From a virus (taxonomy: Duplodnaviria; Heunggongvirae; Uroviricota; Caudoviricetes): a stretch of 64,000 nucleotides of DNA. The stretch is taken from positions 64,001 to 128,000 of the IMG/VR virus record IMGVR_UViG_3300012007_000008; one strand, written 5' to 3'. A program made the translations under genes and the position numbers. The notes under the pieces are model-generated. The model worked only from the letters and a program-made list of their open reading frames with translations, did no database searches and was not told the origin of the DNA. Shown here one piece after another: positions 52,401 through 63,569 of the stretch (position 1 is the stretch's first letter; each line of letters opens with the position of its first letter).

Positions 52401-55400
52401 ATCATTATTGGCAACTTTGTTGTTTGCCAAATTCCATAATAAGTTTCCAGTTTTTATTTGTTTGTCATTGTTTAATAATAAAGAAAATTTATCATAAGAA
52501 AATCCGTATTCTGAATTGCCGGACAGTCTTTTTATTAGATCAATTGATTTTTGTTGATATGCGGTCTTAATGGACTAAATCTACGGAGAAGAAATGTCAA
52601 GACCGTCATAGTGGGAAAGACGGTTAATTGATTCTAATAAATCATTTTGTAATTGATTTTTAACTTCGTCAACAGCGGAATAATATATATAATCAAGACC
52701 CAAGCCTTCTCTAAAATCATAATCAGAGATATTTGCTTTTGACTTGAACTCAGGTGAAAAATAAAAATCTGATATCTCTTTGAAGTTCTATTCAGAAGAC
52801 TTTAGCGCAGATATTAACGAATCTCTATAGTTGTTAGCTAGTTCATATACCTGATTGTCCTCATAAAGATACGGAGCTTCATTATAATCTCCAATATCTT
52901 CTTTGTATTCCTTGGTTCTTAAAACTAACTGATCTATGTAATCCTATGCCCCAATAACTTTTTTGTCTAATCCCGCGCTTCGAACACTCAGAATCTCCTA
53001 TCCAATTTCCTGAGTAGTTTTTCTTGGGTATCTATTAATCCCAAGGATCATGTCACGCACATCACGAGATCCTAGATTCATTTCTTCCTGATTTTTAATA
53101 TCATCTTGACTTCTGCCTTTTGTATCTATAATAATATCTCCGGGTGCGATAATCTTATTAGGTTTGGAATCGGAAGTAATAATTGGGCCAGCGATTTCCT
53201 AGCCATTTCGCAATATCTTCTTTTGAATATCACTTTTTTGTGCCTATGACACATTAGAAACAACACGAGATAGTATTGAAGAAAGTTCGTTGAAACTTGA
53301 TCTTATTTGCTCAATGGCGGATCTTATAGCATTTGGTAGTTCTGTTCTGATGACATCTATAATAGATTTGAATTCTCCAGAAATGGCGGTTAAATCAGCT
53401 TTAGTTTCTTTCTTAGTTTCGGCAGACTATTTTTTCTATTGTGTTGGTTTTTGTTTTTTTAATGTGGGGTTTTTGGCTTCCTCTTTTTGTCTTTTAACTC
53501 TTGCCTCAGATATCTATTTTAGTTTTTCTTGTAATGATTGTTCTTCCTTCAAGATAGCATTATAATCGCCGTATGTTTGTATCATATATTCATCATATGC
53601 TTTGGCGCTAGAATAGATCCCTTCTTTTGCAGAAAATATTTGCTCATCGGTGAACCGTCTCTTGCCAGTCTAATCTTTAGCCATACGCAAGCTTTGGATA
53701 TAAGCAGCATCTCCACCCTATTTTGCGTATTTTGATCCTTTACCGGAAAACGGATTATTTATTTTTTGATCCTGCCATTTTTGAAACAACTAATCAGGAT
53801 TCATTCCGCGAAAATCTGGGTTTTGTATTTTTGCCCACAACGCTTTTTGGAATTCTCCGGCTTTTAAATACTTAGGATCGGAGAGTAAAGCCTTTGTTTC
53901 TTTTTCGAGATCATACAACTATTGTCTAGTGTAATCTTTTGTATTTATCTATTTGTTTAATATCTCTGCGATCTTCTGCTCTTTTTTAGCCAATGGAACT
54001 TCAGTGTATTCTTTGCGCGCAAGTTGATTATTTACAGAAGCTTGAGCCTCTGCATACATTTGTGCAATTACTGTTCCTTTTTGCTATGCTTCAGATAGTG
54101 CGTTAATTGCTGTTTGTACATTCCTCGCGGAGATTTCGTCAATCTGGCCACTCTATAAAGCTTCTTTTAGACTTATTTGATCTATTCCGCTTGTTTTCAT
54201 TTTTACAAGCTGCTATGCAAGTTCCGCATTGCTATTATATCTTATTGCAGATATGTTCTAATCCGTAGAATCCACTCCGATGGCTTGTAACATTTTTCTG
54301 GCGGGCAAGTCTCCTTGAAGTTGTCGAAAATTTGCATAAGCACTCGCTACTTGTTTAGCATTCTATACAATTTTGTCGTATGATTTAACGTCAAAAGCTA
54401 ATGATTTCTAAATATCCTAAGATACTTCTTCAACAGACTTTTCTTTTGGCTTAGTCAATCCTGAGAGACGATTTGTTATCTAAGACTATCTATTCCTTAA
54501 ATGAGCCTATCTGTCATGTTCCTAAACAAAATGGGATGTTACAGAATCAATAAACTAATCCTATCGTCTTTGTTCCTATTCTTGCTTTTTTTGTGCTTTA
54601 GCTTTCTATTCTTCCTGCCTATCTTTTTTTCTTTTCTATTGTTTTCTAGTTTCTTCTTTCGTTATTAATTGTCGATTTATAGGGTGTCTTCCTTTTAACG
54701 CTATAACCCTATTCATTGCGCCTTGAGTCTAACTGTTATTTGTGTCATTAAACATATCGAACGCGTCGAACACATTAGTTAGAATATCTATACCCTATTG
54801 GTCTAAATCTGGATCTCCATAAATACCCTATAGCGTTTTTCTTTTTCTAGAAAGCTTATATGAGAGAGTAGCAACATCATTTAGTTTACCCTCCCTATAG
54901 TTCCTAATATTTCTGTCTGCCTTATCTTTAGTGGACATATCAGCTCCAAGTTCTGTGTCTAGGAACTTTGAAAGCTACTAATCCGATGCGGACATAACAG
55001 TAGATAGCTATTCTTGGGCTTTCGATAATTCTCTTACTAATTTCTAAGTGTTTTTTAATTGATCTGAATACTACGATAAGCTCTTTTTATTTTCGTTTAC
55101 GCTCCGCTAGACATCCTAAGTTTGTTCAGTTTGCTTTTCCCTCGTCTGAGAGTGTTCTCTCATCCAAGCTGCTTCATTTTGCTTTCGCCTGTCTTTTTCG
55201 GCTTTATCCCATTCTTGAGCCGTTTGTTTCTGTTCCTGTTCAAGGTCCGAAAAATATTTATCCCACTATATTCGCATATCTCCTACATAGCGATGTGTGT
55301 TCTTTGGCAATTTCTTTTTCTCTCGTTGATTATCCTAATCTTCGTATGAGAACAAAATATCATCCTAATAAATATCACGTATTTCATTCTACATTTTCTA

Positions 55401-56549
55401 TGAGATCCTTGTTTGCCGTTTTATTCCGGATATTTTTTCTTCATGCGTTTCTCTGGCGCGAAGCTGCTATAAATCCTACACTAATTGAAGAGCCTTTGAT
55501 TTATACTATGGAGTATATAAATCATCTTCACTAGCGTTCTTATACTATGTTAGAGTCGAGATTATATCTTTTTCAAGCTGATCGAGTGATTTTACTTTTC
55601 CTTGATACTATTTACGTGTCTATAAATAGTCTTCTTCGTTTAAGGCCAATGCTTCCTACCGTGAATTAGCATTAATAACATATTTATCCTTGGAAACTAA
55701 AGAGCGGCGGTATTTCGCATCGGCTCGTCCTGCAAACTGCTACTCATCAGGTTCGTATAGTTTTCTGTTATCTTGCTACGGCTATGATGTTTTGTTGGAT
55801 GATTTTTTTGCCTCCTCCCAATATTTCTAACGATCTATTTTTTTCTTCTTTAGCATCTTATTTATTTCTTTATCAAATGCATCGTTTTCGGCTCCAAGAA
55901 GGGCAGAAATATCCATACCATTCTGGATAGCATCTCTTGCTAAGGAATACATATTCTTCATAGACCCAAAGGAGTTTTTCCATTGAACCTTATTTTTATC
56001 TGCATATTCCTCCATCCTTTTTGTTGTATCTTCATATATCATTTTGAACAGAGGCATATTACTTGTGCCATCCTCATTCTTTAGTACTTCGGCGAGATTG
56101 CGGGATCGAAGCAAGGCGGCTGCATCTTTTTTCCCAGTATTTGCTCCCCAAGCGTTCGCCCACGCAGTCGCCTACTCGGCGTAGTTCATAGCCGCGCCTT
56201 TATTTCCTTTTTCTGATTCCTACCTGTATTTTCGCATAGCTTCCCTAAGTGCTTCTAACTGTTTAACTTCATCTACGAGAAATTTGTTTGTTCCTCCACT
56301 TAAAGCACCGTTCAGGCCTTTTAATTGATCAACTGCTTTGTCGGCATCATTGGCCATGCCAAGGAGAGCAGCCGACATGTTATCAAGGCCAGTATTTTTC
56401 TTACCAATACTTTCAATTGTTTTTGTCAACTCTTTAAAAGATTTTTCGTCTTTCTCTGCTTGACTCTAGAGACTTTGCAGCGCAGAAAGGCCATTACTCA
56501 CATCTATATCAAATTTTATACTTATATTTTCTTGTCCACGTGCTCCCAT
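37488..56549 (-). CDS. Tape measure protein, ~6353 aa if uninterrupted
   Basis: ATG 56549 after GAGGTG; twelve track fragments share the frame; spot-checked gaps contain only TAG; TP901-type core at ~48200-49100; typical A.GT...E.G.E C-terminal motifs. Not every codon was checked. Confidence 0.8.
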
Positions 56550-56554
56550 TTATA

Positions 56555-57145
56555 TCACCTCTTTCTGCCAACACGTAATCCGATATTTCTGGCAACTCTT
56601 GACGGAAGGCCGCTACCTCCGCCATCCATAATCATTGCTGTGAAATCTTGCTACAATATTCTTGTCCATTTAGGTATGAAGCTGTCTTTTTTTACAATAA
56701 ATAACGTTTTGATCGGCGTTGTTTGCACTGCTGGATCTCCCCAAAAATAGAACTGAGGATTAGGCGTTCTATATGATGGTACGCCAGGAATTGATCCGGA
56801 ATAATCTGCTCCACCCAAAGAACCACCATGATAACCTTCATAAAATGCATAATCAAACACGTAACCAGGATCCTGATGTGAAGCGTACTATCCAGCAAGA
56901 AACATTGCATTTATTGCGCCTGGTCCTGCAACACTAGCTTCATACCAATCACGTGCAGTCGATTGCCTATTATAAGAGATAGGAGAGTAGCTGTCGTACC
57001 ATTCGTTCACGCTGTCTTCGATTATCTGTTTATAATCTTGAAATATCAATGGAGTATTCTTCTATAGAACAGCCGTTTTAGCAGTATTTATGCGTGTTTT
57101 AAATTTTTCAATATAATCAATAAAAGGTTGTAAAGTTGCCGCCAT
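56555..57145 (-). CDS. Hypothetical tail-related protein (196 aa)
   Basis: GGAG plus ATG 57145; WYDSYSP..Y.R and VFDYAFYEGYHG motifs; 3 TAGs; TGA next to the tape measure RBS. Confidence 0.7.
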
Positions 57146-57177
57146 ACAAGTATCTCCTTTCCCTCATTAATAAAATA

Positions 57178-57205
57178 GTCTCCATGGCTTTGACCCCATG
57201 GAGAC
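57178..57205 (-). terminator. Terminator-like hairpin
   Basis: GTCTCCATGG...CCATGGAGAC 10-bp inverted repeat followed by TATTTT on the minus strand. Confidence 0.6.
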
Positions 57206-57211
57206 TCAATA

Positions 57212-57799
57212 TCATTCTTCGATTCCGGCCAGTACTTTTTGTATTTCTGGTGTTGTAATAAGATTTTTTATATCTTCAAAAGTGATTCCCATATTATTCA
57301 TAATTGGCTCAATGGATTCTCCAATGATCCTTCCGAGAGTATCGATTTTCTTTGATATCCATGAATCAATTTCGTATTCGTTCTTAAATGTGTCAGACTG
57401 AACCATATCGTATACCATTTTGAACTATTCGTATTCGGATTTTGGTATACGCTTAATCAATACAAGAATCAAACCGCTTTGATTTAACATATCATACTGA
57501 TTTGCGAAATCATCATTGACATTCAATACTTCAATATCCGTGTATGACTTGATTAAACTAAGTACAAAAAATAAATATCCATTAGGAGAGTCTATATGGA
57601 ATGATTTTCTTGTTGCGATTCCATTTTTATCTCTCGCTTCAACCCTATAATAACAAGCGTTCACTATACTATTACAAACCGCAATTTTCTATACATACGG
57701 AACATAATCGCGAACCATTCTTTCCTGAAGAAATTTTTCTTCACTTTCTCTTGCTTTGGAAGCAAACTTATATTGCCTTAAAAATTCTTCAACTTTCAT
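57212..57799 (-). CDS. Probable tail assembly chaperone (195 aa)
   Basis: ATGA overlap with the upstream gene; two track ORFs joined by TAG; position upstream of the tape measure. Confidence 0.65.
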
Positions 57800-58257
57800 A
57801 ATTTTTCCTTCTTTCCCTTTCTTTTCTACTTCATAAATTCATCCCAATTGACCCACTTTCCGCAATAATAACAGACCCACTCAAAATCTACATCAGGATA
57901 GTAGTAGTAGAATAGTTTTTTCTTAATTTTAGCGACCGGATCAATCAGATTACTTGCCCCTTTGACATCTTTTACTTCTATGCGCCCGTCCTTAAACTTC
58001 AGCCAGAAGTCCGCTACGTAATCAATCCGCCGGATTTTCTCGCCGTTATTGCGCTAAAACTTCGGAAGTAACTCATACCTTCTCTGAAGGTCGTAATCTA
58101 CGATCTATCCTTTCCTGAAGAGAGGAACTACGTATTCGTCGTAGTAACGTTTCTATGCGGCGGAATCGAACACAATTGTTTTTCCGGTATGTTCGTCGTG
58201 GACAGTCCGCGCCTTCTTTGCTTTTGGAGACATATCTACACCGTATTTGCTTCTCAT
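57796..58257 (-). CDS. DUF1064-like PD-(D/E)xK nuclease (153 aa, 4 TAG)
   Basis: FDSAA*KRYY, G*IVDYDLQ, YVADF, EVKDVKG motifs; absent from the ORF track. Confidence 0.8.
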
Positions 58258-58274
58258 TGTTTAATTCCTTTTCA

Positions 58275-60320
58275 TTAAACCTTCAACTTTACCGTCTTCA
58301 ATAAACAGTCGAAGTTGTGTTTCTTCAGAATCTCAGCCCTTTCATTTGCTTTGGCTGGCTGTGAGAAACTGCCACAATAAACGACATAGCTCCCACCAGA
58401 GGTCTCGTAGAAACAATCGAAGCCTGTTTCCTCCTTAATCCGTCTGATCAATAAATCGCGAGTTTCCGCATGAGAGTAAATTCCTACCTGAACACGGGTA
58501 AGAGTCTTTTTGGTTGATGTGGTAGGAGAGGAGATTGCCGCGCCACCAAGCCTCAGAACACAATCCCACGGGGAGTTGTAGTATGCGCGAGTAGTGATCT
58601 CTTTCCCGTCTTGATCTCCGGATGCGCCGCCTGTTGCCCCGCCGTTCTCATTACGAGAAGCGTGTACGATTTGCCCGTTGCCGATATACAGAGCCGTATG
58701 TTTGACCTTGTTCAGAAGAACATCACCGCGAATCAGCCCTGAACCACTTGAAAGATTGACCGAAGAAGTCACGTCCTTAAAGCCACACTTGATGAAAACA
58801 TCATACATGTTACCGGTATATGTTGCTCCGGCGGTTTTTACTTTTACGCCAGCCTGTTCAAACGCGGTTATCACGAAGCTCGAACAGTCATAGTTTGGCC
58901 CCCAGCGATTCGCCTGATCATAACCGTACTTAGAATCAGCGGCGGTATTCAGTGCCCACCGAACAGCTTTCTCAACCTGAGAAGTAGCAGAAGAGGAAGT
59001 GACAGTCTTTTCCTGAAAAGTAGAGCTCTTTACACCAGGGTCAAACCGATCAAGATTATACTGCTTAATCAGGTTCAGGATCTTTCCTTCATAAGCCGGA
59101 TCCGTACAATACCCCTCTGGATGTTCCGCTGTCCCGGTTCCGATGCGGATAGCGCGGATTACCTAAGCAGCATCAATCATCCCGGCGACTCGTGCGTATT
59201 TCAATCCTTTGTCGTTCCTGACATGAAGAAGGAACATCTCATAGTCCCTAATGCAGTTTTCATAGTCAGTGTACTTACGGAAACTATCAACGATGTAGGT
59301 CAGCTTGCCGTTGTAATATTCAGGTGTCCGTTTCTGAATACTTTCGCCGTTCCAGACCGACCATTGTTTCCAGGTAGAGTTGATAAGATCGCTTTTCATC
59401 CCTAACAGATTATTCACCTTCATCAGCTCCGTACTATCAGAACCGAGTCCGAAACCTGTTTCCAGGCAGCATTGCGCCGCCACGACCGAAGGAAGAATCT
59501 TTGTTTCCTTATACAGCTCACGGCAAATTGTCCCCACAGCCTCGATGTAAGCTTCTTTGCTCGCGGGAATGCCGGACGGATATTTTGCAAGAGGCACGAC
59601 GTCGGGAGTGATTGGCCTGAATAGCTCTTTACCAGATTCGTCGTACACAGCATAACCATAAGGGCAGTTGTCCTTCGCATTCTGAAGAATGGTGTACGCA
59701 CCGAGCTGAGAAGAGGAATCTACCCAGGTCCTGCGGACGCGGTAATATTTGGGTTCTACGTATGCGTCTCCGATCTTTTCCTTAAACGCTTTCCATTTAC
59801 TCTCATCCCCGGAGTCCTTATTCCATCCAATTACACCCGGGCACGGCTTTCCGTTACAATCGTAGTGACGGATCACATGCTCCGCGCCAATCCCATACAT
59901 CTGCATCAGCTGTTTCACCGCTTCCTTCGCCTTCTCCAGTACTTTATCCGTAAAGGAATAAGCCGGATCATTCGGAACCGTAATCTTCCCCTTGGAATTC
60001 GTGCTGCAGATCTCAAGGCTGACGCAATTCGCATTCCTGGCAATGCCGTACAGCCGTCCGCCCATCGTATCGTACCTGCTTCCTCCTACCGCATGGCAGT
60101 ACCTGTTCAGCGGGTCAGGATTGTACTGCACCAGCTCTTCCTCATCCACGATATAATCCGCTGATCCTCCCGCGTCCGGATTCGCGAACCACGCCGCACA
60201 TCCCCTCGCGGAACCGCCCTTCGAGCTCACCCCGGCAGTATAATGGACCGCCAGATAAAGAATCTGTCTCCCCGGGCAGTAAGTCGTATTCGCCGTTCCG
60301 GTCTGCTTTATGATCTTCAT
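58275..60320 (-). CDS. Endolysin (681 aa): Amidase_2, glucosaminidase-like, NlpC/P60-like and SPOR-like domains
   Basis: HYTAG...SADY...HAVG...EIC...RHYD; AQCCLETG...NNLLGMK; YDCSS...HTALY.G.G..VHAS; one TAG at 59163 links the two track ORFs. Confidence 0.88.
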
Positions 60321-60334
60321 AAGACCCTCCTTTC

Positions 60335-60745
60335 TCAGGCTGTAACCTCTACGGTAAGTTTAGTTTCCCTAACCAGAGCCTCGATCTGAGCGTTAATGTA
60401 AGCTTCAAAGTCGTTATACAAAACTGTAATCGCGTTTCTTGAAGCATCAGATATCAGCTCTTTAGCACGAGCAATGGCCATATTCTTTGCTGTTTCCTGA
60501 GCCTCAGGAGTAAACTTTCCGGATTTCTTCATACTGTCAACATATGTCTGACTGACACTGAGAACGATAGATGCGATGATTTCATTTGCGTCTTCAACAT
60601 ACTTCCGAAGAGTTTCATTTTCAGTCTTTCCCGCAATTTCCTTTGTCTTCGCACTAAGAAAGACTACTATGTACCGCACGACTATCGGCAGTATAAACAC
60701 AATAAGTGCGTACAAAATTTCATGTAAAGCTGTCTGCCAATCCAT
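60335..60745 (-). CDS. Holin, LL-H-like
   Basis: N-terminal hydrophobic helix; C-terminal AQIEALV motif; directly upstream of the endolysin. Confidence 0.7.
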   Translation of the reverse strand: MDWQTALHEILYALIVFILPIVVRYIVVFLSAKTKEIAGKTENETLRKYVEDANEIIASIVLSVSQTYVDSMKKSGKFTPEAQETAKNMAIARAKELISDASRNAITVLYNDFEAYINAQIEALVRETKLTVEVTA

Positions 60746-60757
60746 AACTTATCCTCC

Positions 60758-61186
60758 TTATCCTGGAAAATCCTCACCAGATTGATCAACTGGTATTTCC
60801 TGAACGTTCAAGTCGTCATCATAAGATTCATCATCTGCGGCATGTTCTTTCATGGCAGTCTCATACACTATGCCATTCGCACAGTTTTCCTTTGCGGATT
60901 TATCATAATATTTCCATACAATAGGAATCATAGCTGCCGGAATACCTATAAGAACATACAGAGATGAAAAATCTCCGAAGCGCCACATGATGATCTGAGC
61001 AAATATGACAATCTCAAACATTATTGCCATCATTATCCACAAAGCCAATTTGCTCGTGGTTATTTTCTTTTTCTTCTTATATTTCTTTTTCTATTCATTG
61101 AGTTTCTATAGTCTGAGCTTCGAATCATTCATCCTCTGAATTTCGTGAAGCCGACGTTTATACTCTTTTTCGCTTACATAGCGCAT
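60758..61186 (-). CDS. Two-TM membrane protein, possible second holin/lysis regulator (142 aa, 2 TAG)
   Basis: GGAGG plus ATG 61186; basic N-terminus with two TAGs, then two hydrophobic segments. Confidence 0.65.
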
Positions 61187-61200
61187 CTGGATACACCTCC

Positions 61201-61437
61201 TTATTTCTTTTTAGGATTATTCTGTACCCATTCCTCATACGCCTTAGCTGTTTTCTTTTTCTAAAAGAGCATGATAATGATGTCGTTGCCCTTTGCGTCT
61301 GGGTCTCCGCCATAAATATCAACTGGCTGGATCCCATATTTGCAGACATAAAGAGTTTGAAGTCTTCTGTCCGCTACTCGCGCTAAGTCGCGTAGATTGT
61401 AGGTTTTTCCCGTAAGTGGGCTACTATATTTATCCAT
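61201..61437 (-). CDS. Hypothetical protein, DUF5659-like (78 aa)
   Basis: AGGAGG plus ATG; ...IIMLF*KKKTAKAYEEW...; TAA stop. Confidence 0.6.
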
Positions 61438-61486
61438 ATCCGATTATCCTCCTTTGTCCAGTTTTCCTGATTACTAATGCGAAAAA

Positions 61487-61528
61487 ATAGGGTCCCTCTA
61501 CTTATACCTAAAGTAGTAGGAACCCTAT
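61487..61528 (-). terminator. Terminator-like hairpin
   Basis: ATAGGG(T)TCC.../...GGACCCTAT stem followed by T6 on the minus strand. Confidence 0.55.
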
Positions 61529-61576
61529 AAATGTTTTTTATTTTTAACCGCGCCTTTAGTTGTCGGTTCATACACT

Positions 61577-61837
61577 TTAGATATTAATTTCCGAGGTCTC
61601 ATCGAGAGCCTTGATCTGAGTCTTAATACCTTCGTCGAATTTCTCTAACCCAGAAAGATCGAGCGTTCCGAGCAACTCCTTCTTCTCACCATCCGACATA
61701 GAAGAGGACATTACCTCGAAAATATCGTGGCAATTCTGAGAATCAAAAATTGCTTTCCAGCTCGGAGTTTCGGGATTACAGCCTTTGCAATATTCGTAGA
61801 CTTTTCCGCATACAAGACATTTTCTCTTCGTAATCAT
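61577..61837 (-). CDS. Hypothetical protein with CxxC...CxxC
   Basis: AGGAGG RBS; clean ORF downstream of the major tail gene. Confidence 0.75.
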   Translation of the reverse strand: MITKRKCLVCGKVYEYCKGCNPETPSWKAIFDSQNCHDIFEVMSSSMSDGEKKELLGTLDLSGLEKFDEGIKTQIKALDETSEINI

Positions 61838-61915
61838 TCCTTGTCCTCCTTAAAATAGAATAGAGGGGCAGAGGAACTTCCTCTTAACCCCTCAGAAAGT
61901 CAGGTTAGATTACGA

Positions 61916-62719
61916 TCAAACCTTCTCCTGCTCGATGTCGTCGTCCGCCCAAGTCAGGATGTACAGAGCTTTGTCGTCGGAGCAGTAGTCAACCTGCGCA
62001 TCACCAGTGAAGTCAAAGGTGCTGTCGGTCGTAAGCTCGAAGCTTACCTCAGGAGACGGCTGGAAGGACGGGAACTGTACGTACAGAGCCTTAAGTTCTC
62101 CCAGGTGGCACGGATCGACGGCGAGGCACTTAAGGGTGAGCTTCACCGTGCTCGGAAAGTCGTCCGCAGAGTTGACAACCTTCATACCGTTGGTCACAGT
62201 ACGATCATAAGAGATCAGGTACTTCGTAACATCGGCATCTGGGGTTGTCGGCGGCACAAACTTGTCATCGGTGATGCAGAACTGCTTCGCAGCCGCAGCG
62301 GAACCCAGCTTGTAGGTCTCGACGATAGAGTTGTTGTTGTTGACACCGGCAACAGAGATTGTACCCTCAACCAGACCAGTGAGATCCAGCTCAGCACCCT
62401 TCTTCAGGATGACGATCTTCGGAGCAGTGAATGCGCTCTGAGCATCAGAAGCGATGGTCTTAGCATTATCACCGGACTGACCCGCGATGGTGTTCAAATC
62501 GAGCAGGGCGTTCGTCGCCGAGAAGCTGGCGGCCTTACTCTGGTAAAAGCGCTTGATGAGCGTCCCGTTAGCGTCAACAGCGTCACGGGTATCCGCGGTC
62601 GTGTCGATGGTAGCGGTATTCAGCTGCGTAAGGGTATACAGAAGAGAGTCATCAACAAGAGACTCAGCGATCGCAATCTGGATGCGATCGACAACCACAC
62701 CGTTTAGGTTAAAAGCCAT
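61916..62719 (-). CDS. Major tail (tube) protein (267 aa)
   Basis: AGGAGG plus ATG 62719 (MAFNLNG); strongly biased codon usage, no TAG; position in the tail module. Confidence 0.75.
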   Translation of the reverse strand: MAFNLNGVVVDRIQIAIAESLVDDSLLYTLTQLNTATIDTTADTRDAVDANGTLIKRFYQSKAASFSATNALLDLNTIAGQSGDNAKTIASDAQSAFTAPKIVILKKGAELDLTGLVEGTISVAGVNNNNSIVETYKLGSAAAAKQFCITDDKFVPPTTPDADVTKYLISYDRTVTNGMKVVNSADDFPSTVKLTLKCLAVDPCHLGELKALYVQFPSFQPSPEVSFELTTDSTFDFTGDAQVDYCSDDKALYILTWADDDIEQEKV

Positions 62720-62796
62720 AATAAATACCTCCTTTTCCGTGATAGATTTGTGCAAAATAAATAAAGAGCCGATTGCTCGGCTCTTACAGATCTGGA

Positions 62797-63567
62797 TCAG
62801 ATTTCTCTGAACCAGTTCAGTTCTTTTGATGTGTCTATTTTCGAAGTATCCAAGAATCCTGAATACATTCCTTGCATCAGGGATTCCGTGGATTTCCAGA
62901 CTTGAAATCTCGACACGTATTCCATGAATTCGACGATATTGCACTACTTCAGTTCTGACTTCTTATACTTGAAGCCAGGTGTAATCAACATCGTAGAAAT
63001 CAGGGAAAATAAATAGGAAGAAGATTCCTTCTCCTTCCCCATACGAACCATTCTCTGATGGTTCCGAATATTCATGCGGTCTCCATCGATGATCGCAAGT
63101 TTTGTCTGCTTACCACGCGCTTTCTATAACTTCGGATACTGATTCAGCGCCATGCGGATGTACTCACGCATCATGATATATGTCGCCTTATCTATAAGCG
63201 TATCCGTAACGGGATCATAGAGAACATGCTCCTAAGTATCCTTTCTCATCATCAACTGAAGGTTGGTGAAATCGTACCGCCCGAAGACAATACAAGATAT
63301 TTCAGGTGGAACTGAAGGGATGAGCATACAGAAGAGGTCAAAATCATCAATCTCGTTCCAATCAACACCTAGATCCCAGAGCTGAAGTCTGTGTGTGGTG
63401 GGATTGCCGACGAATGGCGCGACGGCCTCGAAGAAATATTTTTCCCCGAAGTCAACGATGTCGCCCACTGAACATTCGTAGATAGTAATAGATTCGTTTA
63501 TGACATAGTTCTCCCCGAAGAACATTTTCAGCTTGTCATAACCACAATCAATAGGCGGCTCAGTCAT
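62797..63567 (-). CDS. Conserved hypothetical virion-module protein (256 aa, 3 TAG)
   Basis: Track ORF 63232..63567 continues through TAGs to TGA 62797. Confidence 0.7.
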
Positions 63568-63569
63568 AC

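Noticed and set aside
61158-61571. Track ORFs 61158..61349 and 61383..61571
   Set aside because: A different frame (61201..61437) has the strong RBS, ATG and a recognisable motif.
4614-63000. Plus-strand ORFs in the track (e.g. 6622..7149, 39744..40304, 44205..44882, 62105..62707)
   Set aside because: Antisense shadows of biased minus-strand genes; no RBS or recognisable motifs.
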